Positions 12,904 through 25,835 of a stretch of DNA of 64,000 nt are shown here, one piece after another (within the stretch, counting starts at the first letter, position 1; the number at the start of each line of letters is the position of its first letter). Where the stretch lies: positions 496,001-560,000 of the forward strand of contig MCFH01000025.1 in NCBI GenBank assembly GCA_002104945.1. The letters run 5' to 3'. The stretch is from Piromyces finnis finn. Taxonomy: Eukaryota; Fungi; Neocallimastigomycota. The notes below the pieces were generated by a model. That model was given only the letters and a program-made list of their open reading frames with translations. It ran no database searches and was not told the DNA's origin. Made by a program: the position numbers and the translations under genes.

Positions 12904-14255
12904 TTAAGCATTAACGTTTTGTTGCTTCCATTCATTGCCATTCTTAGAATTGAACATTATGCGATTTGGTGGGAACATACCACGTTGTGTATAATCTACA
13001 TCAGTAACTTTAAATACTAATAAACAAAAGTTATCTAATGCAGAATTATGAATAGTTTCCATATCTGAATTATTAGTATTTTTACTAAGCTTTCCTCCAA
13101 AAGCATTCATCTATTTTTCAATTTAAATTATATGTATATATATTAGATAGGTGAGAATTTATTATTATTAAATACTAAATAAAAAGAGTTTAAAGTATTT
13201 AAATTCTATTTTTTTTTTATTAAATAATAATTATTTTATAAAAAAAATTAAATTATATATAATTACAGCTGGAGAAGATGTTGCTGATGAAACAATTGAA
13301 CCACTTTTATGTAAACTAGTTTCTTTAATAGCATCAAGTGTCTTATATTTATATCCAATATCAATACTTGATACAGCTGGTACTTTAATTGTATTTGTGT
13401 CATTATATACTGACCATGATCCTTGACCATTACCAACTTCTGTAACAGAAGGAATACCTGGCTCTGGCCATGTAAATGAAGCTCTATATTCTGAAGAAAT
13501 TTTTTGCCATACTCTAATTCTTTCATCTTCCCAAAATTCTTCTGCTGACATTTCACTTCTTATATTAATACGACGTGGTGGTGTTCCAAAACGGTATGAT
13601 AATGCTGGTGCAGCAACAATATATATACGACCAGTAAATATATATGTTTCTTTAGTTTTTGGCATTTCCCTAATAACAACAATAATAATAACATTTATTT
13701 GAATATGATAAGTTTTATTGAATTCTTTTTTTTTTTTTTTTTAAATAATATTTCCATTTTTTTTTTTTTAATTTATTAATTACATTGCAACAACATGAGT
13801 AGAGTTAGAACTTTTTACTACTGACATTAGGTTTGCATTTCGAGTAGCTCCAGTAAATATAAGAACTCTTTGGTCAGTACTTAATAAACTTTGAAAAACT
13901 ATTGGTTGAACCATTGGTACACCGTTTTTTACAGATGAGAGCATTACTCTAACTATTAATTACAATTAAAGATATTATAATTTTCAATAAATATTTTTTA
14001 TAATTTAATTATTATAGAATCGTTCTTTATGTATAATTATTAGGGGTTTTTTTTTTCTTCTGTTACTATATTATCACTTTTGTATTTTTTTTTTATTTTT
14101 CAATAAGTAATTCTTAATTTCATTTAGATATTAATAAAATGAATCACAATAGTGTGTATATATATTGCTACTTTACCTGGTTCCTTGTTACTATTTATAG
14201 AATTATAATGAATACTTTTTTGTAAATATTCACTCCATGGAATTCTTTCAGTCAT
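12904..14255 (-). CDS. Pyridoxamine 5'-phosphate oxidase-like (Alr4036/YGR017W-type split-barrel) protein, divergent; 4 exons
   Basis: Phase-consistent exons give MTERIPWSEYLQKSI...VMLSSVKNGVPMVQPIVFQ...LIFTGATRN...MPKTKETYIFTG...WQKISSEYRASFTWPEPG...DNFCLLVFKVTDVDY...PPNR. This follows the family layout (PW, LAT..G.P..R.VVFR, PKTREQFR, R.SF.WP.PG, NF.LL....VD). Confidence 0.72.
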
Positions 14256-15867
14256 TTTGATATTATTTTATTTTAAAATCTTTGATGATACTTTTTTAGT
14301 TGATTACTTTTATTGTAGTTTATTATGTGAAACACTAAAATTGATGTTATTATTATAAATCCTGATATCTATTAATTATATATATTAATTACAATAAAAG
14401 GGAATGAATAAATAAGAATAATAACATATTATAATTAATATAAAATATATCAAATTTTAATCTATTATATTTTTATTTTAAATTTAAATATAGTTATTAT
14501 ATAAATATATTCGTTTATACTTTTTTTTTTTTTTAAATATATTACCTTTTTATATAATTCTAAAATTTATTAACGATAGTATTACAATTTTTTATATTCT
14601 TAAATATCTCCAGGAATTACGAATATAAAAGGATTTACTTTTTTTTTTATTTATGCTTTTTTATTATTATTATTATTTTTTAATAATAATATTAATATTT
14701 TCCGTTTTTTTTTTATATTTTTTTTTTATTTTAATTTGGTGTGTGTGTTATTAACTTGAAACAAAGTTTTTTAACCATGTTTAAATAATATAATTAAATA
14801 TTAACCAATATATTATAAAAAATTTAAATAATATTATTTTAATAAATTATAAATATATTAAATAATAAATAATGAAGTTTTTAAAAAGAGACCATTTTTA
14901 ATATAAAAATTAATATTAAAATAATATATTTAGAAACAACTTAATATATAATTTAATTAATAATTAAATCTATGTAAAACTTTTTATATTTTAATTTATC
15001 TTTATTTTTAATTTATAATTAGCTGACGTGCTATAAAACGAAGAAAAAAATAATATAAATACTTTAATTGAATTGCATATAATATTAAAAAAAAATACAT
15101 TATTCCTTTTCAATTATTTTTATATCCTCTATTAAATGCTATTTTGATTGTAGTTTGATAATTATTATAATGAATTTGCTAGTGTCAATGAATGTTGTAC
15201 AAAAATAAAAATTATCCAATCAACCATTTTTATTAATTAATTAATATAAAAATATTAAATTTTATTTTTTATTAAAAAATTTATGAAAAATTGATCTTAA
15301 TTACATTTTTCTTTAAAAAGGATGTAACACAACAAAGAAAAACCATAAAGTTTATAATAATAAAACAAAGAAACTCTTTTGTTATATTTTTAAATCTTAT
15401 GTATTAAAATAAAGAAAGAAATTAGTTTATTTTTAAATCTTATGTAAATATATTTTATTTAAAAAAAAGAAATTAGTTTAGATAAAATAAAAAAAATAAT
15501 AATAAACCATTTATAAAATAATTTTATTAAAAACATATAAATGCACATGATTAAATATAGGATTATACATATTAATATTCAATATTGACCTTTTTTTTAA
15601 TTTTATCTAGAATGTTAAAATGTGTGAGGAAAGTGGTGTGAAATAGAGGAAAAGTATATTTATATTTAAAATTTATATAAAAGAATTAATATTCTATATA
15701 AAGATAGATCATACAATTTTATTCAACCAAAAAAGAAAAAAAATTATCTTATTATACATTTATATTTAATACTATGTTGTTAAATATAGAAATATACGCC
15801 ATTATATCATCTTGTCAAAAAATATACTTTATAAATTATTATACCTTAATTTTATTAATAATTATTT

Positions 15868-15927
15868 AAAAACTTATTAAACCACCATTGGAGCTAACTC
15901 TGATCGATGGGAGAAATGCACTCGGAA

Positions 15928-15967
<40 letters not shown>

Positions 15968-15973
15968 TATTAA
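15868..15973 (+). mobile_element. Very short retroposed insertion: 50-nt body plus A30 tail, flanked by a 13-bp target-site duplication
   Basis: AAAAACTTATTAA occurs at 15868-15880 and again at 15961-15973. The GC-richer body is 15881-15930 and the poly(A) is 15931-15960. The target context is TT|AAAAA. Confidence 0.75.
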
Positions 15974-17705
15974 TACTAGAAAAAATAATAATTAAATGGA
16001 TCATACATTTACATAATTATTTATACATTTTTTGAATTGTAGAAATAAGTAATGTAATGTAATTGAATTTCCTAATTATAAATATAATAAATATTTATGA
16101 CTTTATTATAAATAGAAAAAGAAAATAAATGGTTATAATGATGTTTTGAATATACAGATATTAATATATATATATATATTTAAAATGCTAATATGAACAT
16201 TAATTTTCTTTATTATAGAAATCATTTTATAAAAAGGATACATAAATGATGATGTAATTTCATATGATGAGTTTAAAACAATAATATTTTATTTATAAAT
16301 TAAGTAGTAAATTAGGGATATTGTAAAAAATAGAATAGAATAGAATATATATAATATTTTAATACTAAAATATTTTAATATTTCCTAATTATAAGAGATT
16401 CTAATGCCTTAATTCTTTATATAAATATATTGAACTGTATACTTTTTTTATATAAATTATCAATTTTGGCTAATATGATATCTATTTTTATTGTAAATAT
16501 TGAAAAACTTAAAAATATTGATGAAAGAAAATAGAATTATTTAATAATTTAATGAAAATCCTAAATATTGACAATAATGATCAATTCTAAAAGTTTGTAA
16601 TTGCTATCATACTAATAAATATATATATTATAAACATTAATTTTATCAAGTACAAAATCATTTAACTAATTAATATAAAAACAAAGGTATTATTAGAAGG
16701 AAAAGAAGTGTTCTAATAATCATAAGAAAATATAATATAATAAATGAATGCAATATAAATTAAATATCTATTGAAATAATATTCATTTATAATGTATAAA
16801 AAGTAATTATTGATCATTATATTGGAAAATGATATGGCTAATACAATAAAAACATTATAATAAGTAATTATTAAAAGAGAAATAAATTATAATCAATTAG
16901 AATGCTTTTCAAATGCTTCATGGTTATTAAGTCATAGAGTTTCTAAAAAAAAATGATCAAACTACAATAAAGTATTGATATAACCTGATCCCATTTCCTC
17001 TAAATGAATTATATATATATATATATAAAATTAGTATAAACATACTTATTCAATATAAATATAATGGAAAAATAAAAGAAATTTAATACTGCATAAAATT
17101 ATGTTGATAAAACATAAATATATTCTTTTATTAAATTATTTATACTTTGATAGATGATCACATTGTTTCATGTTTATTTTCCAATATTTTATGTAGTTTT
17201 AAATAAATAAGTTTTATTAATAATAAAAGTTTTTTTTTATTTTATTTTATTATTATTTTTTTTAAACTAGACAAAACAAAAAAATAAAGAAAGATGCTTC
17301 TAATAAAAAAAAAATAAATTCATTGTCATGAAAGTGGTCTAGATTTTTTTTTTTACAATATTAAAAATTAAATTTAAAGTTTTAGAATGTCAGAACCCTT
17401 CAATTGTAACTTTAATTTATAATAAAATTAAATTCTTTTAAAGAACTTTTTGTTATATTTTTTAATAAAAAAATTTTTTTTTTCTTTCGTTTATTCCTTA
17501 ATTTAAAATAGCCAATCATTTTTAAATTAAAAAATAATCTAATTAATTTTTATTTTGGATGGAAGAGTATAAAAGAAGGAAAGAGCGTCCCATATTTTGA
17601 ACCATAAAAAAATAAAACAAAACAATTATATCTAATATATTTAGAAAAAAAATAAAATAAAAAACTATTTCTTATCACTATTATAAACAAATAAACAAAT
17701 ACAAA

Positions 17706-18488
17706 ATGAAGTGTGCTACTAAGTTTTTAACTTTACTTGCTGTTTCTTCCGCTTTTGCTTACACTATTCCAATGGAAAAGAGAAATGAATTTGATTACTT
17801 CGATTCAAGCTCTTTCCCAATTAAGAAGGAATGTATGGATGCTCTTGAAAAGTACGATACAAAAGGATGCTCTTATGATGACATATACGTTGATTTCGAT
17901 CGTTCTTGTAAGACTTTAAATTCTAAAAAGTGCCAAAAAATCTTTAATCTTAAATTAACTGAAATTCCTGAATGCCAAAGTTCAAACAAGGAAACTCTTG
18001 AAATTATGGAAGACTACCTTAGTATACAAAGAATTTCTGTTAAGTTTATGTGTTCAAGGGATGAAAATAATAATATTTGTCCAATTAGTATCTTTGAAGA
18101 AGATAGAGCTGAAAACTTGAGTGAAGAAGATCAAATTAAGCTTGTTAATAAGCTTATCAATGACAATTGTAAATCTAAAAAGTGTACTAATGCCATTACA
18201 GAATATATTGATGAAATAGAAAAAATTGAAAAGAAGTTAAGAAATTCTATGAAAAGTAAAATGAATGAAAATGTTATGAATGAAATTCAATCAAAGGTTA
18301 AAAGACAATTTACCTCAGCTGATGTTGATCTCGGAATGGAAGAAGTTGTTACAAAGTTCAAAGATTATGTTAAATCTGAAAAATGTACTTCACAATTTGG
18401 CGGTATTGTAGAAACTACTGAACCAAGTAATGAACCAGAAGCTGAAAAAACCAAGAAAACTAGAAAGTGTATTGTTAGAAAAAATTAA
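17706..18488 (+). CDS. Intronless secreted Cys-rich protein of unknown function (260 aa)
   Basis: Hydrophobic signal peptide (MKCATKFLTLLAVSSAFA), dibasic KR sites, 11 Cys after the signal peptide, coding-like composition and a basic C-terminus KKTRKCIVRKN. Confidence 0.85.
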   Translation: MKCATKFLTLLAVSSAFAYTIPMEKRNEFDYFDSSSFPIKKECMDALEKYDTKGCSYDDIYVDFDRSCKTLNSKKCQKIFNLKLTEIPECQSSNKETLEIMEDYLSIQRISVKFMCSRDENNNICPISIFEEDRAENLSEEDQIKLVNKLINDNCKSKKCTNAITEYIDEIEKIEKKLRNSMKSKMNENVMNEIQSKVKRQFTSADVDLGMEEVVTKFKDYVKSEKCTSQFGGIVETTEPSNEPEAEKTKKTRKCIVRKN

Positions 18489-19699
18489 ATAAATAATTTT
18501 TTTTTACAATATTATAATCTTAGAGATTATTAAAAACTATGTAGTTAGAATAAATAAAAATTAATTAAATGATAGATTATATTGTTTAGATCTTAGTTTT
18601 TATATTCAAACTAAAAAAAAAAAAAGTTAAAAAAAGAAAAAACAAAAGCACAAAACAAAAATAAAATAAAAAAGAAAAAACAAAAGCATAAATAAAAAAA
18701 AAAATAAAAATTAAATATATCTTGTACGAAACAATTTTTTATTTTGTGTTTTAATATTGTATTTTTGAGTAAATTTTATGTTTTACTTTAATAGAGAAAG
18801 GAAGAGGATATATTTATGAAAAATATTAAAATGAGAATAAACCTTAAAGATATGCAAACAAGTATTTTTATTCAAATTGCGTTTAATAAATTATTTTTTA
18901 TAAACCTTTTATAATAGAATTATTTCTAGGGTTTGTTATTGTATTTATTCAATATAAAACTTTTTTTTTTTTTTTAAATTATAAAAATTATTTATTCATG
19001 AATTAATATTAAAAAAAAAAAAAAAAAAAAGAAAACTAAGAAATTTTATTTAAAATGATGAATGCCTATTCTTTCATGATAGTATTATAGTTTTTGATGA
19101 ATGGAAACATAAATGCTTGAATAAATAAAATTTTCAAAATTCAGCATTAATAAAGAAGGAAATTATGACGCTTGGCTAGAATTTAATGGATTTAAGAAAA
19201 AATTTTATAATTTTGTAGAGTCTACTCATGATGACAATATTGATTTTTATACTATTATTAAATGATGGTAAACTTTTGAATTTTTTTTTTTTTTTTTTAA
19301 TTCACATAAATATTTAAATGTTTTTATTTTAGAAAATAATAAACAATATAAACAATATTAATAAAAACTCATAAAAAAAAAAAATTGACGTTACTAGATT
19401 CAACAAAATTTAGAAATAATTTTGTATTATTATTATTATTATTTTTATCAGTTTTTTATTATCGAAATAATAAATTGTATTAATTATTTACATATTCTAT
19501 TGTTGAAAATAATCATCTATAATTCATAATATAAATTCTATTATAAAAATTAAAAAACGATTAAAAACTAATAAGCCTTTTTTTTTTTTTTTTATCTTTT
19601 TAAATGAAATAAAAAATATTTATGATACAGTATAAAACTTTAAAATGATAAATAAATTGAATGAAAAAAAGAATATGAAATACAATTTTTTTTTTAAAT

Positions 19700-21121
19700 T
19701 TACTTAAGATAGCGACAAACTTCAAGATCAATTAAACACCAATCATGCTTTTCAAGACTCCATTTACCAGATGCATTTTCTTCGACAACAATACAGGATC
19801 TTTTACAGCATGGGTAACCTCCAACACCCATGCAATTACTAGTACATGTACTTGGAATACCACACCATTTACCATCTTCAACACCCCATTTTCCTGAAGC
19901 ATCTTTAAGAATAATATCACAAGATTTACAACATTTATAACCTAATTTTTCAGACCAACATGAGCCATTATTAGTGTTTGTGGTAATGTTGGTGTTAGTA
20001 GTGGTATTGTTATTTTTATTTGGGGTAGTAGTATTAGTATTACTGGTGTTGTTATTGTTAGTAGTATTAGTATTGGTGTTACTATTAGTAGTAGTGTTAG
20101 TTTTGTTAGAAAGAGAAGCAGCTTTAGTTGATTTTAAAACATTTAAAAGAGCGTTATATTGAGCCTTTGGCTTGTAACTACCATCGAAAAGTAAACCTCT
20201 TTTGTCTTGACCTAACCAACTATCTGGATCACCAACACCCCAAACAAGGAAACCAGTACAGCAAGAATTTGAAAGACAAGCTTTTAAGGCATTACTGAAG
20301 ACTTGTCCTTGTTTGTTTTGTTCATCACCACTATTACAAGCACCTTGACAACTGACATCAAGTTCAGTAATATGGACTTCAAGACCTAACTTACAGTAAC
20401 GTCCAATTAAATCAGTAATTTTACTAAGTTGTGGTTGATTTTGGACACTAACGTGATATTGAATACCAACACCATCAATTGGAATATTACGCTTTTTCAT
20501 ATCAGCAACAAATTGATATACAGATTCACTCTTACCGTAAATACCTTCAGTATTATAATCATTGTAGAAAAGTTTTACTTTTGGATCTACTTGACGAGCA
20601 GTTTTAAAAGCAAGATCAATGAAATCCTTGTTCTTTTGATAAAGGAATGAATTACGGAACTTCCAACCATTACCATTAGAACTATCATCAATAGCTTCGT
20701 TAACAACATCCCAAGCATCAATTTTACCTTCATAATGTTTAAGAACTGTAGTAATGTGATTAATAATTGAATTTCTCATAGTTTGAGAATCTTCAGATTG
20801 AATCCAATTTGGAGCCATTGAGTGCCAAATTAAAGCGTGACCTCTAAAAGCCATACCTAATTCATTTGCTTTTTTAAGATGGTTATCACAATCGTTAAAA
20901 TTAAATCTTCCTTTTGAACCTTGAATACTAACAAATTTACAAGCATTTTCAGCTACCATATAATTGAAAGCTTTCATTGCATTAACGTAATTTCCATTGT
21001 TATAATGCATAGTGTTTGTAGCAACACCAATTCTAAATCCATTTGAATAATCTTTTAAAAGTTCATAAGCTTCAGCAGAAGCTGCTAATGCAGACAATAA
21101 TATAGCTTTGTTGAATTTCAT
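19700..21121 (-). CDS. Secreted GH10 endo-1,4-beta-xylanase with a Thr/Asn linker and two C-terminal fungal dockerins (CBM10-like NCDD)
   Basis: Signal peptide; GH10 motifs RGHALIWH, WDVVNEA (acid/base), LFYNDYN, IDGVGIQYH and ITELDV (nucleophile); two Cys-rich modules, CWSEKLGYKCC...GKWGVEDGKWCGI and CMGVGGYPCC...GKWSLEKHDWCLI. Intronless. Confidence 0.95.
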   Translation of the reverse strand: MKFNKAILLSALAASAEAYELLKDYSNGFRIGVATNTMHYNNGNYVNAMKAFNYMVAENACKFVSIQGSKGRFNFNDCDNHLKKANELGMAFRGHALIWHSMAPNWIQSEDSQTMRNSIINHITTVLKHYEGKIDAWDVVNEAIDDSSNGNGWKFRNSFLYQKNKDFIDLAFKTARQVDPKVKLFYNDYNTEGIYGKSESVYQFVADMKKRNIPIDGVGIQYHVSVQNQPQLSKITDLIGRYCKLGLEVHITELDVSCQGACNSGDEQNKQGQVFSNALKACLSNSCCTGFLVWGVGDPDSWLGQDKRGLLFDGSYKPKAQYNALLNVLKSTKAASLSNKTNTTTNSNTNTNTTNNNNTSNTNTTTPNKNNNTTTNTNITTNTNNGSCWSEKLGYKCCKSCDIILKDASGKWGVEDGKWCGIPSTCTSNCMGVGGYPCCKRSCIVVEENASGKWSLEKHDWCLIDLEVCRYLK

Positions 21122-24100
21122 TTTGTTATTTTCTTTTTATTTAAAAATATATATACACTTTTATTTAAAAATTATTTTAAAATTTCAAATAAATTTTAAA
21201 TAGGACTTAAATAATCAATTATAATTATATAAATAAATATTTTATAAATAAGAAAAAATATTTCTTAAAAAAAAAAAAAGAAAAATCACAATTTATAAAT
21301 AATTTTTATTATATATTAATCTGCCGCAAAATTCATCAAACTTTCATATCCACCGTGATATTCATTTTTTTAAAAAAGATTCTAATTAAATTAAAAATAA
21401 ATTAATTTTTAAAATAATATATATTTAAATTAAATTAATATTAGTTAAAGTTGTTAAATCATAATATTAAATGTTTTAATAAAAGTTATTAACTTCATAT
21501 ATAATTGTATACATTTATATATTGTTTTATTTAATATATAAATGTAATGTTACACAGTAATATATTTTTTTTTTCTTTGAAAATCATTTATATTTGTTTG
21601 ATTGTTATAAGATTTGATTAAAACAGTTGTGTTTTATTATGGAAATAAAAAAACACTATAATAATTAAAGTATTAATACTTGTTCTTTTTTATTTTTTTT
21701 TAATTAAAATAAAAAAATTATATATAAAATTTATACCATATACAACAACTGTTAATACCTAAAATTATAAAATTATGAATTAAAATATAAATTATCAAAT
21801 GAAGCAACATTAAGTAAGTTTTTAACCAACTTTAATATTAAATAATAATTATTTTTATATTTGTTTTTAATAGCTATTTAAAAATGATTTACATAACATT
21901 TTAAACATTTTAATTATTTGTCACATCTAAATAAATTAAAATAAATTAATTCTTTTTAATTTATTCAGATATTATATTTTGACAATATATTAATAATATA
22001 TTATTAATAAAAAGATGGGTTTTTTTGTGGAAAGATATAAACTTTATTTAATATATAAATTTTTATTTTAATGATAAAATCTATAAATATATTAAATATT
22101 TTAATAATATATTAAATATACTATTCCAAAAAAACAAAAAGCCAAAAAAATAACAAAATTATTATTATTTCCACTTTTACTTCCACTATACCACATACAC
22201 CATTATCATTACTATACCTACTAATACTCTTTTAATATTACATAAATAATGTAAATTCTTTTTTTTTCTTTTAAATAGATATTGCATACAAGTTTAATAG
22301 CGAAAATGTGCTTTTATATTTTGTTAATCATCGTGTAACCAAATTCATGTTAAATTTAAAATAAAAAATTGAAATTAAATTAAAAATATCATTGAAATTA
22401 TATTAAATAAATGTCAATTTTCTAACCCTTTATATTTCAAATCAAAATAAGGGATAAATATTTTATCTTTCTAAATATTTAAACTCTCAAATTGATTTTA
22501 AAATGTATTCTTTTTAGAAAAGAACTGTTTATAAATTTATATATTTATGAAGAAAAGAAAAAATGATTGATTTATAATGTTTTCAAAACAGATAAAAATC
22601 TTATATTGTGAGACTTTTAGAATTCTATATTAATATTTTATTGGTATATCCATCTAGTATTATTAGTATAATACATAAATTTCTTTTGCATACTCTTTTT
22701 TTTTTTTTTTTTTTTGATTTGCTTAAATGATTAATCAATTATTATGGGCTATTATTTAAAAATGAAGAGAGTAAAATTTTTAAAAAATTAATAAATTTGA
22801 AATTAAATTGTAAAATGTAATAAAATTTAGTAAATGAAAACAGCATAATGGACAACAGGATAGAATGATACAAAGTTTAAAAAAAAGTTTTCACTTTAAA
22901 CTTTTAAGTACAACATGCTTATATAATGTATTTATTCTAGGACACTCCAAGAAAAAACTCTGGATTTTTCAAATTAATATTTTAATATTTCCAAATCCCA
23001 AAAACTTGTAATTATTTGTTATAAATAATTTTAAGTTTTAAAATTAATTAGTTAGGATAATAATAGTTTTAATTTCATTACCTTCATACCATATTAACAA
23101 CGATATGGTGTATAAGTAAAATTGAAATTTAATAACATAATTATATATTATTATTTATTATTTATGAAAATTTGTTGGGAAAATATTAAATAATGTTTAG
23201 GATATTATTGAAATATATCATTATTTTAAAAATATCAGAATTGTCACGACCTTGCCGAGTGACACAAATATGATAATATGATAATATATAAAAATACAAA
23301 GTTTCTTATTAGATTAAACGAATTTATATATCTATATATATTTATCCATAAAATAAAATAAAATCTTTATGAATACGTGAGGATATATATGGTATCAAAT
23401 CGAAAGCCATACATATACTAAGAAAGCATCTTAAAAAAATTGCAATTGATTATTTAAAAACAATCATATCTTGTAAACCAATATCGACTTTAGTTAAATT
23501 CATGTTTATTTGAAAATATGTTTACTAGTGAGTACCGCTCCATTCAGACAATATCTCAATATCTTTTAAAGTAATATCAATTTTCCTAGGGGTTCATAAG
23601 TTATTGCAATCAAAGACTTTATTTTAAAATAAAATAATTAAATTATATGAATAATTACTTTTTCTTCTTATAAAAAATAAATAATTTTAACATGATAAAT
23701 TTATTTTTTTCAAATTAAAATGGCCATCAAGAGCCTTTTTATATATATAAAGTAATTCTTAAATTCGTGGTGGTATATTCATTAATATCATTCTTTTAAT
23801 TAAATTTGTCCTAACATCGTTTTATAGTTAGTTATATCACAAGATTTTGGTAATCTTGTATTTTAAAATAATTTTTGTGTATTTTCGAATACTCCAATTA
23901 GATTGGCGATTATGGATTTACTTATAGTAAAGATGTTGATATTGTTTGACTACGCAGATTCTAAAATTTTGAAAACGTATAGCTAATGTACTTCATATTT
24001 CCACGAAGTTCAAAACTTTTGATTTTAAAATCGTAGCTAATAACATTATTGTAATAGAAAGTTAGTTCTCAAACGAATATACCTACATTTTCATAATTTT

Positions 24101-24269
24101 ATTACTTTTAACTAAATTTGAAATTATTATTAGCAGAAGTATGGTAGTAATAATGTTTTTATAAAAACTTTAATCTTCATATAATAAATAGAAAAATAAA
24201 GGGCTATATATTAACTTATTTGTAATATTTTCTTATGCAACAACACTGTGATTTGGTGAAAAAAGAACA

Positions 24270-24445
<176 letters not shown>

Positions 24446-24858
24446 TTTTGTTATTATTTAATGAAGTATTCATTTTTTTTTTAATTAATTAAAATATTAA
24501 ATTAATTAGTGTGTAACCAAAATTTCTTGTATAAAATTAAAAGAATCAAAATAATTATTCAGGTTTTCTTTAAAAAAAAAAAAAAGAATTATATTCATTA
24601 AATTTTTATAAAAAAATCGTAAAAAATAAACAAACAAAAAAAGAATTAATAAAACTTTTATATACTACTTTTTAAAGTATTAATATTGTATATTATCAAT
24701 ATAATCATATCTATCTAAAATAATTTCTATATTTTTATATTTACCATTTAATAATTAAGGTATATAAATAATGAATATTTAAATCACAATTATTTTTTAA
24801 AAGTAATACTAATTAACAAAATTCAATGTATATAAAGATTTTTAATATTTGAATCAAT

Positions 24859-25777
24859 ATGGAAAACAATAAAGGTTAATATACAGGAACTATTATAATA
24901 AGCCTTCTAAGGGTTTTATATACGCTTTAAAACTAAAATAAATAATAAAAAGTTTTATATTTTAACATTACCTATACATTATTTATTATTTAATATTGTT
25001 AATTAGAATTTATTGAGATATTAAAAAATAATTTAACCGATACAAATCATGAACTTGTTGGGGATTATTTTTATGAATGGAAAATTGAAAATTGGAGCAA
25101 AATATCCAATGAAACATGTGTATGTAGCCCATATTTTGAAGCTTATGGTCATAGATGGTAATTTTTAAGTACTATATATATTTAATTGTAAAAAATAGTT
25201 AAACAATTATAATACATTATAATACTTATTTATACTAATATATATATAATTTTAATTAATTTCAACATTTAATTAATATATAAAGGAAATTGGAATTATA
25301 TCCCAAAGGCGTTGATGATTTTTATAATGAATATGTTTCACTTTATTTGAATAGGGATAATGAAAAAGATGATTGTGGTGTTCATATTCCAGTCAATCGA
25401 GTATTCTTTATTAGAAATTATAATGATAAATATTGTTATCGTTCTGCAAGTAAATATATATATATATTTTTTATTTTATTTTTATTTCTTTATTTTTTTT
25501 TCAAGTATCATATGAAAAGTTGCTAATATACATTAATAATTAAATTCTTTATTTTAAAATATTTAGCATTACCAATTGAATATTTAAGTAAATCAATTCC
25601 TTCTTGTGGTCATCCAAATTTAATAAAAAAAACGGAATTGTTTACTAAAACTCAATATTCAAATAAACCTTTAATTGAAAATAATAAATGTATTGTTGGA
25701 GTGTATTTCCAAATTTACAAAAAAGAACAAGGTTTGTTTTATATATATATATATATAAACATAAAATAAAAATATTA

Positions 25778-25835
<58 letters not shown>

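Noticed and set aside
15023-15032. TGACG(T) CRE-like motifs (also near 19166, 19386, 43879 and 49420)
   Set aside because: Positions are inconsistent relative to gene starts, and there are too few to claim a regulatory pattern.
15881-15930. Possible 5S rRNA or tRNA fragment
   Set aside because: No match to the 5S or tRNA consensus features that I can recognise; better explained as a retroposed 3' end.
17568-17575. TATA-like boxes upstream of secreted genes (also 37188-37195 and 63839-63846 on the minus strand)
   Set aside because: Plausibly placed but uninformative in DNA of this AT content without TSS data.
19050-19260. Coding-looking patch (EGNYDAWLEFNGFKKKFYNFVES); similar patches at 27950-28140, 39040-39180 and 47800-48680
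   Set aside because: Short, broken by stops, no recognisable family and no consistent splice structure.
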